Assembly: GCA_965217895.1 (NCBI GenBank)
Contig: CBDCJV010000002.1
Coordinates: 4,448,001 to 4,512,000, forward strand
DNA: 64,000 bases
Source: Waterburya sp.
GTDB taxonomy: Bacteria > Cyanobacteriota > Cyanobacteriia > Cyanobacteriales > Xenococcaceae
Direction of reading: 5' to 3'
The position numbers and the translations under genes were made by a program. Below are positions 1-10,519 of this stretch, one piece after another (position 1 is the stretch's first letter; each line of letters opens with the position of its first letter). Below the pieces are notes generated by a model. It was given only the letters and a program-made list of their open reading frames with translations, was not told where the DNA came from and made no database searches.

Positions 1-60
1 ATCGCTTTTATTTTTTAACTATATTACCAACTTGCGATCGCTCGGCTGTTGAACTCACGT
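1..60 (-). mobile_element. Probable terminus of an IS982-family element extending off the left edge
   Basis: GAACTCACGT at 51-60 is the reverse complement of ACGTGAGTTC, the same terminal motif as the IS982 end at 63602. Confidence 0.45.
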
Positions 61-202
61 TCTTTTAGGAAACTGAGGTAGAAATGCCTTTTTTTCTTAA
101 TTTATACTAGACATAAAAAATAAAATACAAAAATGTTTGATTAATATTTTTGAGCTAATGAAATCAGCTATTTTATTGCTAAAAATTTGTCTAATAGACA
201 GT

Positions 203-244
203 CTCTAGATAGATAACCTTTAGATAGATAAACCTTAGATAGAT
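203..244 (+). promoter_or_regulatory. Three TAGATAGAT repeats at 15-bp period upstream of the stress-gene cluster
   Basis: Copies at 206, 221 and 236; related CTN3GATAGA at 4306 and 4652, also upstream of genes. Confidence 0.5.
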
Positions 245-441
245 GTTTTTTATCTAGAAAAATGCAAACATTATGAGCGTGAATAAAAATAAATTTCTTG
301 CATGAATAAAATGTTAGTTTTCTTATCTTTTGGTTAGATAATTGACAATCATTTGTGTAAGAAGTCTAATCGCTAATTTTAACTTGAGTCAATTAAATGA
401 TTCAAATTAGCTTAAGGCATAAATAAATCAAGGAGAAAACT

Positions 442-1443
442 ATGGATAATTACAATAACATGGATAATCATAAGAAATTTTATAAACGTGCTTCTGGACT
501 ATTTTATAGTCGCGACGAAGCAGAAGCAGCAGTTCGCGCTCTTAAAGATGATGGTTATGATATGGATCATGTATCTGTCATTGCTAGAGATGCCGATCAA
601 ATAAGCGGACACGAAACTACTGAGCATGTTGGTAATAAAGCTGATGATGGTGCTGCTACTGGAATAGTAACAGGTGGTGCTTTAGGTGGTATCGGTGGAC
701 TATTGGTTGGTCTAGGAACACTAGCAATTCCTGGTATTGGACCAATCTTACTAGCAGGCGCAGGAGCGACAACTCTGGCAACTACGTTGGCTGGTGCGGG
801 TATTGGTGCTGTTGCGGGTGGTCTGATTGGAGGTTTAGTTGGTCTGGGTATTCCTGAAGAAAAGGCAAAAATATACAATGATCGTGTAAAGGGAGGAAGC
901 TTCCTAGTCATAGTTAACGGCACAGCAGCAGAAATTGCCCGTGCAAAACCAATCATGGAACATCATGGTGTAGAAGAATTTGGCATTTACGATGTCCCAG
1001 GCGCAAGACCCACTGCTGTTACTGATGTAGATGAAGATATTAGAACTAGAACCGATGTAGCCGACCACGACAAAATTAGACTATACGAAGAACGCTTGAT
1101 GGTGAACAAACAGCGCACTAAAGCTGGGGATGTTTCTATTGGTAAGCGAGTAGAAACCGAAACCGCTAGGGTTGATGTTCCTGTAGAGAAAGAGCGTATC
1201 GTTATTGAACGCACAGATGCTACCTCTGGCAGAGCTGTTGCTCCTGGTACTGCTAACTTTACTGGTAACGAAGTAGCTAAAGTGGATCTTTACGAAGAAA
1301 CTGCCGACATTAAAAAGCAAGCTTTTGTTCGTGAAGAGGTCAATGTTCGCAAAGAAGTAGATACAGAAACTGTCCAAGCCAGAGAAACTGTTCGTCGTGA
1401 AGAATTAGAGGTAGACTCAGACGGCGATGTTATTGAGCGTTAA
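442..1443 (+). CDS. General stress protein, YflT-like N-terminus plus YsnF/AvaK (DUF2382) domain
   Basis: Gly-rich GAATG..LAIPGIGP segment; C-terminal LYEERL/VPVEKE/VREEV/VRREEL motifs; AAGGAG RBS. Confidence 0.85.
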   Translation: MDNYNNMDNHKKFYKRASGLFYSRDEAEAAVRALKDDGYDMDHVSVIARDADQISGHETTEHVGNKADDGAATGIVTGGALGGIGGLLVGLGTLAIPGIGPILLAGAGATTLATTLAGAGIGAVAGGLIGGLVGLGIPEEKAKIYNDRVKGGSFLVIVNGTAAEIARAKPIMEHHGVEEFGIYDVPGARPTAVTDVDEDIRTRTDVADHDKIRLYEERLMVNKQRTKAGDVSIGKRVETETARVDVPVEKERIVIERTDATSGRAVAPGTANFTGNEVAKVDLYEETADIKKQAFVREEVNVRKEVDTETVQARETVRREELEVDSDGDVIER

Positions 1444-1724
1444 CTGTAACAGACATTGAGCGTTAATTAGCAAGAAAAAGGCGATTAATGTTCAAGACCC
1501 GACGGCAAATTTTCTAGGCAATCTCTAATCTGTCAAAGATGAAGTACATAAGATTAAATGTGCAGCTATATAATTTTCTATCTAGTTGTTACATTTTTGA
1601 AAATAATTTATATGTCTGTATTTTTAGTCTTTTAGCTTGATACCTTGGCAATTTATCGATTTGATGATGATACTTTCGCCACAGTCAGTCAATAAAATCA
1701 ATTATCCATAAGCGAGACAACACA

Positions 1725-2180
1725 ATGAATAAACTAACAACATTTTTAATAGGTGGTATTTTACTTTTCGGCGCAGTCGGCTGTGATGTAGCTCGAACTA
1801 GTGCTGATGCTCCTACTTCGGTCAACGGTAAAGTCGAAGACCCTGGACAGGTAAAGGATACCAAAGAAGACGCTACCAACGAAATTCGCCAAAAGCAGCT
1901 AGATTCTGACATCCGCGCCAGAGAGCAACGTAATGATATAGCAGGCAACCAGGGAAAAAGAGACGATTCTGATATCGAAAGTGAAATTAGAGCAAAACTA
2001 GAGGCTAATATACCTCGCTCTAAACTAACTGTACAAGCAGACAATGGAAATGTAGTTATTGCAGGAACTGTTCCTAATGATAAAGAATACTCAACCATCA
2101 AACCATTAGCTCAAAAAATTACGGGAGTTAACAATGTAAATATAGATAACGTAAAAGTAGTACCTGGACCAGAATCATAG
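1725..2180 (+). CDS. BON-domain lipoprotein
   Basis: Lipobox-like AVGC; BON-like LTVQADNGNVVIAGTV...ITGVNNV. Confidence 0.8.
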   Translation: MNKLTTFLIGGILLFGAVGCDVARTSADAPTSVNGKVEDPGQVKDTKEDATNEIRQKQLDSDIRAREQRNDIAGNQGKRDDSDIESEIRAKLEANIPRSKLTVQADNGNVVIAGTVPNDKEYSTIKPLAQKITGVNNVNIDNVKVVPGPES

Positions 2181-2341
2181 ATTTAGTCTTTAGTTAATTC
2201 CTGACTCGTCAGATACGATAGCCAAGCTTAAAAGTTATACAAGTAATTTACTATGTAAGAAAACAACTGTTTAGCAAACAAAATGAGTTGGCATCAGTCT
2301 CTGACGAGTTTTTTGCTTAATTTGCTTTTAAATAACTCATC

Positions 2342-2875
2342 ATGTTTAGTGATTTCAACCCATTTTTAGAAATACTGATAACGAGTCCCATAGCATACGT
2401 AGCAATTATCATTATGCTACGAGTGTCAGGCAAACGAACTTTATCTAAATGGAATTCTTTTGACTTTGTAGTCACCATTGCTTTTGGTTCAGTTTTAGCC
2501 AGTATACTTATATCTACTAAAGTTAATTTTGTCAAAGGAATTTTGGCATTTGCCCTGCTAGTATTATTTCAATACGTTGTTACCTGGATTTCGGTGCGCT
2601 CTTCAATTATCCAAAAATTGATTAAAGCAGAACCAGCAATGCTGCTTTATCGAGGAGAAATGCAGCATGAGGTCATGAAACAAGAGCGTATCACTGAGGG
2701 AGAAATATTAGCGGCTTTACGCAGTAATGGTTTATCGGCAATAGAAGACGCTGATGCGGTAATCTTAGAAACAGATGGAAGCTTTAGCGTTATTCAAAAT
2801 CTTAACGACAGTTCTGCTTCTGCTTTAAAAGATGTTCGAGAATTTGACCGTACCAAAATGGCTCGTGCTAATTAA
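2342..2875 (+). CDS. DUF421/YetF-family membrane protein
   Basis: GKRTLSKWNSFDFVVTIAFGS and ILETDGSFSVI motifs. Confidence 0.85.
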   Translation: MFSDFNPFLEILITSPIAYVAIIIMLRVSGKRTLSKWNSFDFVVTIAFGSVLASILISTKVNFVKGILAFALLVLFQYVVTWISVRSSIIQKLIKAEPAMLLYRGEMQHEVMKQERITEGEILAALRSNGLSAIEDADAVILETDGSFSVIQNLNDSSASALKDVREFDRTKMARAN

Positions 2876-2905
2876 AAATTTAAAAATGCTGATTATAACT
2901 GTTGA

Positions 2906-3628
2906 TTGCTTAAAATAATGAAACTTTGGCTATATTACCTTTTTTGCTTTTTTGGTATTATTCTTATACGTTACTTTTTGGTTGCAGGTGGAACTTACTG
3001 GCTGTTCTATTCTTCTAACCACAAATCTTTGGTTAAAAGTTCTATAAATCTTAAATCCCCAAGTCGCAAGTTAATCAAACAAGATATCACCTTATCTATT
3101 ATTACGGCGATCGCCCTAGCTATTTGTGCTGCCATAATAATGACTATTTATGATTCTGGTGCTACTCGTTTGTATTGGTCAGTTGACAAATATGGGGTAT
3201 GGTATTTAATTGCTAGTTTTCTGGGAGTGATTTTGCTACAGGATACCTGTTTCTATTTTTTTCATCGCGGATTCCATCATCCCCGATTATTTAACTGGCT
3301 GCATCGGGGACATCATCACTCCAAGCATCCAACACCCTGGACATCTTTTGCCCTTGATTTTCCTGAAGCACTTATTCAAGGACTGTTTTTAGTGGCGGTG
3401 GTTTTTATAATCCCACTCCATTTTGGTGTTTTGGCTTTATTACTAATCACTATGACTATTTGGGCATTGGTTAATCATCTTGGTTTTGAGCTATTCCCTA
3501 AATTTCCTCAGCATTGGCTAGGCAAATGGTTGATTAGTTCGGATCATCATTCTTTTCATCATCGCCATTATGCTCGACATTACGGACTTTACTTTACCTT
3601 TTGGGATCGTCTACTAGGTACTAACTAA
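2906..3628 (+). CDS. Sterol desaturase / fatty acid hydroxylase family protein
   Basis: His boxes HRGFH, HRGHH, HHSFHH; YGLYFTFWDRL. Confidence 0.85.
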   Translation: MLKIMKLWLYYLFCFFGIILIRYFLVAGGTYWLFYSSNHKSLVKSSINLKSPSRKLIKQDITLSIITAIALAICAAIIMTIYDSGATRLYWSVDKYGVWYLIASFLGVILLQDTCFYFFHRGFHHPRLFNWLHRGHHHSKHPTPWTSFALDFPEALIQGLFLVAVVFIIPLHFGVLALLLITMTIWALVNHLGFELFPKFPQHWLGKWLISSDHHSFHHRHYARHYGLYFTFWDRLLGTN

Positions 3629-3675
3629 AGGTAATAAATTTTTTTATTTAATACAATCTGAGGGTATTTAAAACA

Positions 3676-4224
3676 ATGGATAATTTTTCTAAGGATGAAG
3701 CTGTACAAACTGACTTTTACAACAACGATGTAGACAAAATACAGGCAGAAATACGAGAAACCCATCAAATTTCTCTGCTAGAAGAGAAATTAATCGTCAA
3801 ACGTCGCAAGCTCAAAGTTGGGGAAGTGATTGTTCGCAAAGAAGTAGAAACGCGAATGATACATCTGCCAATTCGTCGTGAAAAGCTAATTATAGAAAAA
3901 GTAGGCGCAACCAATGAACACCTAACAGAGGTTGATTTAGGAGAAGGGAAAATCAACGGCGTTAAGTTTAGTGAGTTGAGCAATACGGATGATATTTACC
4001 AAGTACAAAGTGGTTTTATTTCTCTAGAGGCGGTTAAACAGCTATTAGCGAAGATTGATAGTTATCAAGATCGGAATGAATTAGGCGATTGGGCTAATAC
4101 TCAGCCGAAGAATCGCCCTAATTCTAAAAATGTTAAAGTGCGCCTAGAGATAATTACCGATAATTCTCAATCTCAACAAACTTTTCAAGATCTTTGCGAT
4201 TCTCTGGATAGTTCTTTTAACTAA
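3676..4224 (+). CDS. YsnF/AvaK (DUF2382) domain protein
   Basis: LLEEKLIVKRRKLKVGEVIVRKEVET...IRREKL. Confidence 0.75.
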   Translation: MDNFSKDEAVQTDFYNNDVDKIQAEIRETHQISLLEEKLIVKRRKLKVGEVIVRKEVETRMIHLPIRREKLIIEKVGATNEHLTEVDLGEGKINGVKFSELSNTDDIYQVQSGFISLEAVKQLLAKIDSYQDRNELGDWANTQPKNRPNSKNVKVRLEIITDNSQSQQTFQDLCDSLDSSFN

Positions 4225-4406
4225 GTAAAAGTCCTTATTAACTAATAGTAAAAAATTGAAAGCAATAGTATTTATAGTTAACACTATAAATACTGTTCAT
4301 TACATCTATTGATAGATGTTTTCGCTTTATCTTATTATTAAGATAAACAGTGTGAAAAGGATTAATCATCCTTAAAAAAACCAATTAAGCTTTAGCTATT
4401 TACATA

Positions 4407-4568
4407 ATGCAATACCAAACAACTATAGGATGGTCACTTATTACTTCGGGATTGACTACACTCGTACTTAAAGTTCTCCCTGGCAACTCACTTTGGTGGG
4501 GAATTGGATTTCTAATTATTGGTGGTGTTGTGCTTTTCTTACGCAAAAGCGATGTTGCCAGTACTTAG
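4407..4568 (+). CDS. Small two-TM membrane protein, 53 aa (MQYQTTIGWSLITSGLTTLVLKVLPGNSLWWGIGFLIIGGVVLFLRKSDVAST)
   Basis: Manual translation, below ORF-track cutoff; two hydrophobic segments; preceded by the CTN3GATAGA motif. Confidence 0.6.
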   Translation: MQYQTTIGWSLITSGLTTLVLKVLPGNSLWWGIGFLIIGGVVLFLRKSDVAST

Positions 4569-4718
4569 ATTTATTGCATCAATTGTGTTTTTAAACCGCA
4601 TTTTCTTAGAAAATGCAGTTTAATATTTAGGCTAATTAAACATAAATCAACCTCATGATAGATAGAGATAAAGTAAACCAATTATTTAAACTTAAAGTAA
4701 TTAGATAGTTTTTATTTC

Positions 4719-6245
4719 TTGAATATCATGACAACTTTATTAGGGAAACCTATTTCCTTTTGGTTAGATTCTACTGCCAAAACAAGCTTTCCTAAAATGG
4801 AAAACGTTACCGTTGATGTTGCTATTATTGGCGCAGGCATTACAGGTATTACCGCAGCATATTTACTCAAAAAAGCGGGGAAAACCGTCGCCCTAATTGA
4901 AGCAGAACACATAGCAGCCAGTGCTAGTGGACACACCACTGCTAAAGTTACCTCTCTACATCAGCTTATTTATGCAGATCTGATTGATAAAATCGGTGAA
5001 GATAAAGCTAGACTCTATGGTGAATCAAATCAGGCTGGGGTTGAGTTTGTTGCTTCAACGGTACAAGAAGAGGAAATAGACTGCGATTTTCAACGCAACG
5101 ATACTTATAGCTTTGCTGAGAAAAAAGACAATTTAGACAAGGTTCAAAAAGAATATGATGCAGCAGTTAAGTTAGGTCTTCCTGCTCATTTTGTCAGTGA
5201 CACTACCCTGCCTTTTGAGATTGCAGGTGCGGTCAAGTTTACCAATCAGGCTCAATTTCATGTTCGCAAGTATCTTCTACACCTAGCTAATACTATTCCT
5301 GGAGATGGCAGCTATATTTTTGAAGATAGTCGAGTGCAAAGTGTAGAAGAGGGAACACCCTGTACGGTATCTGCCAACAATACCACTTTGCAGGCGACTG
5401 AGGTACTGCTGACAACTCATTTGCCAATTATGGATCAGGGGCTGTTTTTTGCTAAAACTTATCCCCAACGTTCTTATATTGTTGGTGCCAAAATTAATCA
5501 AGAAAAAGCACCCAAAGGAATGTATATTGGTGTGGGCAAAAACTATCACTCAATTCGTACTACTCCTACCGAAGATGGAGGCTTGCTACTGTTGATTGGT
5601 GGTGGTGGTCATAAAGTTGGAGAAAAAAGCGAAACAGAAGAATCTTATCAAGAATTAGAAAGCTACGCCCATTCTCATTTTGGCATCGACAAAATCGACT
5701 ATCGTTGGTCAACTCAGGATTATAAATCTTTTGACCGACTTCCCTATATTGGCAAGTTGACTCCTGCAAACGAGCATATTTATGTAGCCACAGGCTTTAG
5801 TCTTTGGGGGATGAGCAAAGGCACAATGGCAGGAATACTTTTAGCAGATTTAGTACAGGGAAAAGAAAATCCTTGGGCAGATTTATACGATTCTCTTAGA
5901 GCAACACCTTTTGTAACAACTGAATCGATTAAAAATAATCTTGATGTGGGAATGCATTGGGTAGGAGATCGGCTTAAAGGTATCCAAAACTGGTCTACCG
6001 ATGATGTCAAACCTGGTGAGGGAAAAATAATTACTCTCAAAGGTGAAAAAGTTGGAGTTTATAAAGATGAAGCGGGTAAAGTAACCGCAGTCAACGCTAC
6101 CTGTCCTCATCTCGGCTGCATTGTTAACTGGAACAGTGCCGAAAAAAGCTGGGACTGTCCTTGTCATGGTGGACGTTTTACCTATGAAGGGAAGCTAATT
6201 CAAGCTCCTCCAGTCAAGGACTTGGAGCAAAAAGTTTTGTCTTAA
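4719..6245 (+). CDS. FAD-dependent oxidoreductase with C-terminal Rieske domain (YhfW-like)
   Basis: IIGAGITG Rossmann motif; CPHLGC and WDCPCHG Rieske motifs; true start probably the ATG at 4728. Confidence 0.9.
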   Translation: MNIMTTLLGKPISFWLDSTAKTSFPKMENVTVDVAIIGAGITGITAAYLLKKAGKTVALIEAEHIAASASGHTTAKVTSLHQLIYADLIDKIGEDKARLYGESNQAGVEFVASTVQEEEIDCDFQRNDTYSFAEKKDNLDKVQKEYDAAVKLGLPAHFVSDTTLPFEIAGAVKFTNQAQFHVRKYLLHLANTIPGDGSYIFEDSRVQSVEEGTPCTVSANNTTLQATEVLLTTHLPIMDQGLFFAKTYPQRSYIVGAKINQEKAPKGMYIGVGKNYHSIRTTPTEDGGLLLLIGGGGHKVGEKSETEESYQELESYAHSHFGIDKIDYRWSTQDYKSFDRLPYIGKLTPANEHIYVATGFSLWGMSKGTMAGILLADLVQGKENPWADLYDSLRATPFVTTESIKNNLDVGMHWVGDRLKGIQNWSTDDVKPGEGKIITLKGEKVGVYKDEAGKVTAVNATCPHLGCIVNWNSAEKSWDCPCHGGRFTYEGKLIQAPPVKDLEQKVLS

Positions 6246-6389
6246 ATTGATTCTTTGATTGACTATGAGAAATCTGGGTGAGTCGTCAGGCTTACCTTAT
6301 AGCTGTTTAAAGCGATCGCTTTAAACAGCTAAAAAAATAGAGATGCTTTAGTCAAACATCCCTACAAAACAGAAATAAATCTTTTAGTG

Positions 6390-7013
6390 TTAATTAATCA
6401 GATATACCAAGACAAATAACACTAACCAAATTACATCAACAAAGTGCCAATATATTTCTGCTGCCTCTACGCCAAAATGGCTGCTGCTAGAATAGTGTCC
6501 TTCTTCGCGCGATCGCCATAAGACACAGAGAATTAACAAGACACCTGTCAATACGTGCAAACCGTGAAATCCAGTTAAGACATAAAAGCAACTGGCTAAT
6601 AGGTTAGTGGTTAAACCAAACTCAGCATGAGAATACTCATATATTTGTCCAGCTAAGAACACCGCGCCCATAGCTGCGGTGATGCCGAACCAAGTCTGTA
6701 AACCTTTAACGTCGTTATTTTTAAGAGCAGTTTGTCCTCGGTGCATTACAAAACTACTGGCTACGAGAATCGAAGTATTTATAATGGGGATTAGCAGCTC
6801 AAACTCTTCCATTCCCTCAGGAGGCCAGACTGGCATAATCGCTCGATAAATGAGCAACGCAGCAAAAAAACCGATGAAGGTCATGCTATCGGAAACCAGA
6901 AAGATGTACAGACCAAACATTCGATGATCGGGATGTCCGTGATGTCCATGGTCTGCTTCTTGTTCTGAGGCGATTGCTATTTGTGATTTATTGTCTACTG
7001 TTGAACCTTGCAT
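6390..7013 (-). CDS. ctaE: Cytochrome c oxidase subunit III
   Basis: TGFHGLHV and YWHFVD motifs; operon with ctaC and ctaD. Confidence 0.95.
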   Translation of the reverse strand: MQGSTVDNKSQIAIASEQEADHGHHGHPDHRMFGLYIFLVSDSMTFIGFFAALLIYRAIMPVWPPEGMEEFELLIPIINTSILVASSFVMHRGQTALKNNDVKGLQTWFGITAAMGAVFLAGQIYEYSHAEFGLTTNLLASCFYVLTGFHGLHVLTGVLLILCVLWRSREEGHYSSSSHFGVEAAEIYWHFVDVIWLVLFVLVYLIN

Positions 7014-7167
7014 ATTAAATAAATTGGTTTTGTTCTAATTGATTGGTTAAGACAGTTATTAGTTGTTAGTTATTAGTCAGGAGAAAAGGAAATTAGGTTT
7101 GAAGAAAAGACAAATCACTTTGCTACTGTTTCTTTCCTCATTCCTTATCCCTTATCTCTCATCCTTC

Positions 7168-8850
7168 TTACCGCCTTTCTGCCGTTACGGCTGCCAACAT
7201 ATCTTCAACATCTTCATCTCCATCGATACTTTCAGTGTCTACACCATAATCATAAGGTCCTGCCCATAAGACAGGCTCTTCTTCAAAGTTTTCAATAATT
7301 GGTGGGGAAGCAGTTTGCCATTCTAAAGTTAAAGCACGCCAAGGGTTGCGACCAGCTTTTTTGCCTTTATACAAACTCCAAACAATATTGATAATGAAGG
7401 GGAAGGTAGATAATGCCAGAATATATGACCCAATAGTACAGACCATGTTGAGAGTCTGAAACTGAGGATCGTAAAGGGCAATACGACGGTTCATACCCTG
7501 TAAGCCCAATTGGTGCATGGGTAAAAAAGTAATGTTAAAGCCAATAAAGGTCATAATAAAGTGAATTTGACCCAGGGTTTCATTAACCATCCGCCCAGTC
7601 ATTTTCGGAAACCAATGATAGACCGCTGCAAACAAGCCAAATACCGAACCGCCAAAGAGAACATAGTGGAAGTGAGCCACAATAAAATATGTGTCATGGA
7701 CGTGAATGTCAAACGGCACAGCAGCCAACATTACTCCACTTAAGCCACCAATTAAGAAAGACGAAAGAAAACCAACTGCAAAAATAAAGGCACTATTGAG
7801 ACTAAGTTTTCCACCCCAAATAGTCGCACACCAGCTAAATACCTTAATCCCTGTAGGTACGGCAATAATCATAGTGGTTGCCATAAAAAACATCCGCAAC
7901 CAACCAGGAGTTCCACTAGAGAACATATGGTGCGCCCAGACAATTAAGCCTAAAAAACTAATTGCCAAACTAGAATAGGCGATCGCCCGATAGCCGAAGA
8001 CTGGTTTACGGGCATGAACTGGCAAAATTTCAGAAATTGCGCCAAAAAAGGGCAAAATCATAATATATACCGCAGGATGGGAATAGAACCAGAACATATG
8101 CTGGTAAACTATCGGATCTCCACCTCCCGCAGGATTGAAAAATGCCGTACCTGCAAGCAGATCGAAAGAAAGCAAGATTAATGCCGCCCCTAATACCGGA
8201 GTACCAATCAAGATCAAGCCTGAAGTTGCCAACATTGACCAGCAAAACAAAGGCATACTGTGAATGTCCATATCAGGCATCCGCATTAGCAGGATAGTAG
8301 TGACAAAGTTAATTGCCCCCAACATTGAAGATGTTCCCAAGATCAAAATGCTGAGAATCCAAATCTCTTCTCCTGATTTACCGCTTACCAAACTCAAAGG
8401 TGGATAAGAAGTCCAGCCAGCTTGAGGCGCACCGTTAAAGAAGCTACTCAGTAATAAAATACCGCCTGGGGGAATCATCCAGAATGCCACGGCATTAAGA
8501 CGGGGAAATGCCATATCTTCTGCCCCAATCATCAGCGGAATCAAATAATTAGCAAATGCTGCCCCCGCAGGAATAATCCACAAAAACAACATAATTGTGC
8601 CGTGCATCGTCAAAAGCTGATTGTAAAATTCGGGTTGCACAAAATCAGGGTCGGGAGTAGAAAGTTCAGTCCGCATTACCTCGGCTAATGCGCCACCTAT
8701 AAAGTAGAAAAGGAAAGCGGTAGTTAGATATTGAATACCAATTACTTTGTGATCGGTACTAAAGCCAAAGTAGTCCTGCCACTTTCTTTGAGGATGTTCA
8801 TTCTGCTCTGGAGAAGTTGTAGGAGCATTTCTTTCTAGTGTTGTACTCAT
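7168..8850 (-). CDS. ctaD: Cytochrome c oxidase subunit I
   Basis: TDHKVIGIQY, WFYSHPAVY, VWAHHMF and HFHYV motifs. Confidence 0.97.
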   Translation of the reverse strand: MSTTLERNAPTTSPEQNEHPQRKWQDYFGFSTDHKVIGIQYLTTAFLFYFIGGALAEVMRTELSTPDPDFVQPEFYNQLLTMHGTIMLFLWIIPAGAAFANYLIPLMIGAEDMAFPRLNAVAFWMIPPGGILLLSSFFNGAPQAGWTSYPPLSLVSGKSGEEIWILSILILGTSSMLGAINFVTTILLMRMPDMDIHSMPLFCWSMLATSGLILIGTPVLGAALILLSFDLLAGTAFFNPAGGGDPIVYQHMFWFYSHPAVYIMILPFFGAISEILPVHARKPVFGYRAIAYSSLAISFLGLIVWAHHMFSSGTPGWLRMFFMATTMIIAVPTGIKVFSWCATIWGGKLSLNSAFIFAVGFLSSFLIGGLSGVMLAAVPFDIHVHDTYFIVAHFHYVLFGGSVFGLFAAVYHWFPKMTGRMVNETLGQIHFIMTFIGFNITFLPMHQLGLQGMNRRIALYDPQFQTLNMVCTIGSYILALSTFPFIINIVWSLYKGKKAGRNPWRALTLEWQTASPPIIENFEEEPVLWAGPYDYGVDTESIDGDEDVEDMLAAVTAERR

Positions 8851-8897
8851 TTTTTACGGTTGGAAAGTCTGAATTTATCTGTTTTAAGAGCTATTAG

Positions 8898-8971
8898 CCC
8901 TTCGGGTTCGGCAGTTGCTCATGGGACAAAGGCTTTAGCCGCATGTGACCCCCAAGACCGCACTGCCTCAC
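8898..8971. repeat. Small dispersed repeat-like element with a nested 21-bp unit, set in TAGCTTT heptamer repeats
   Basis: GGCAGT...ACTGCC inverted pair; inner ACAAAGGCTTTAGCCGCATGT at 8926-8946 is 17/21 identical to 53336-53356. Confidence 0.55.
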
Positions 8972-9039
8972 TATCAGCTTTTAGCTTTTAGCTTTTTAAA
9001 TAATTGCTTGTAAGTTGGGTTAGCAAGCTATTTCAAATT

Positions 9040-10008
9040 TCACTTGCTACTTGAGCGAAGCGTTATTAAGGCATCGGCATCTATTCCCATATCTTTAGCA
9101 TAGGGTGCTAAAAATTCGGCATCAGAACTAGATGCAGGAGTCATGGCTACGGATTTATTGCTGTCACTATTCATAGCAAAAGTATTTTCCTGAATCCACT
9201 TTTGATAGTTCTCTTGAGTTTCTACATAAAGCTGAGTTTTCATTCCGCCATGATATGCGCCACAAAGTTCGGCACAAACGACAGGATATTGCCCGACTTT
9301 ATTAGGTGTAAAGACCAACTTGGTTTCTCTACCAGGAATTACGTCCTGCTTGATTCTAAATTCAGGCAGCCAGAAGGCATGAATTACGTCGCCCGCCGTC
9401 ATATTTAGGGCTACAGGGCGATCGACAGGAACGTGTATTTCTCCTGAAATTACGCCACTTTCTGGGTAGGTAAATATCCAGGCGTACTGAATACCATTGA
9501 CCTTTACTTCTAGAGGGTCTACACCTTGATCCGAGTCAGGAGAAACGCCTAAACCTAAAGCTATATTTTGCCTACTCGGATCTAAAGCCACTAATTCTGA
9601 ATGATGATGAGCATGGGCTAACTGAGGGCCAGAATCTCCTGCTGCCATGGGATCTAATCCCCCCATGCGGTTGTATATTTCAAAACTGTAAATGGAGAGA
9701 ATAAAAACAATTACCGTAGGTATGGCAGTCCAGACAATCTCTAGAGGAACATTGCCCTCGATCGGAGGACCATCAGTGGTATCGCCTTTTTGGCGACGAA
9801 ATTTAAATAGGGAGTAAACTAATACCCCTTCTACTAAAAGAAATAAACCAGTAGCAATGGTCATCATAAAGTTAAAGAGTTCATCCACGTCTCCTGCATC
9901 ACTAGATGCTGCTACAGGAAGAAGTCCATGATTTTGTCCGTACCACAGACTGATTAAAGTCATCGCAATTCCTGCGATGAGAGTGATTATGTTACCAGGA
10001 ATATTCAC
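9040..10008 (-). CDS. ctaC: Cytochrome c oxidase subunit II
   Basis: DVIHAFW and CuA motif CAELCGAYHGGM; GTG start. Confidence 0.95.
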   Translation of the reverse strand: MNIPGNIITLIAGIAMTLISLWYGQNHGLLPVAASSDAGDVDELFNFMMTIATGLFLLVEGVLVYSLFKFRRQKGDTTDGPPIEGNVPLEIVWTAIPTVIVFILSIYSFEIYNRMGGLDPMAAGDSGPQLAHAHHHSELVALDPSRQNIALGLGVSPDSDQGVDPLEVKVNGIQYAWIFTYPESGVISGEIHVPVDRPVALNMTAGDVIHAFWLPEFRIKQDVIPGRETKLVFTPNKVGQYPVVCAELCGAYHGGMKTQLYVETQENYQKWIQENTFAMNSDSNKSVAMTPASSSDAEFLAPYAKDMGIDADALITLRSSSK

Positions 10009-10519
10009 GTTTATAGATTTTGGGTAGTGTTTTCAAAAATTAGGACTAGCTGATTATTTCTCAGGGTTATATTTATAATTTACGACTTATGGATGGAAAT
10101 TGTTGATGGAAATAATACTAAAATTTCAACTACTTAATATTTTTCTGTCTACTTATTAGGTTAAATCAAATTACTGGCGGATAGGCAAAGATAAAGCTTA
10201 AGTTTCTAATATTGAACCCAATTCTTTATCTTTTATTTGGGATCGGTTAAATTCTTAGCTACGGGCATAGTCTATAAGTTTGCTTTTGTCAGAAAAATTT
10301 TATTTTTTCTTTATAAAGAACAGCCTTTATCAGAAAAATTCCTAACTCAATCTGAAGAATATCTAAAATGATCAACCTATTATAAAAAGGTCGCTAGAGT
10401 ATTAGTAGAGGAAAGTAAGATAAGACCTAAGAAAAAATAATAGTTCATAGTTTAAATTTTAAACGAACACTCTTATAAGTTTAGTAAAGTTTTTTTCCAT
10501 TTAGTTAGTCAAGTGTGCT

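Noticed and set aside
597..2535. Antisense and nested short ORFs over well-supported genes, here and throughout the window
   Set aside because: Shadow frames with no recognisable motifs
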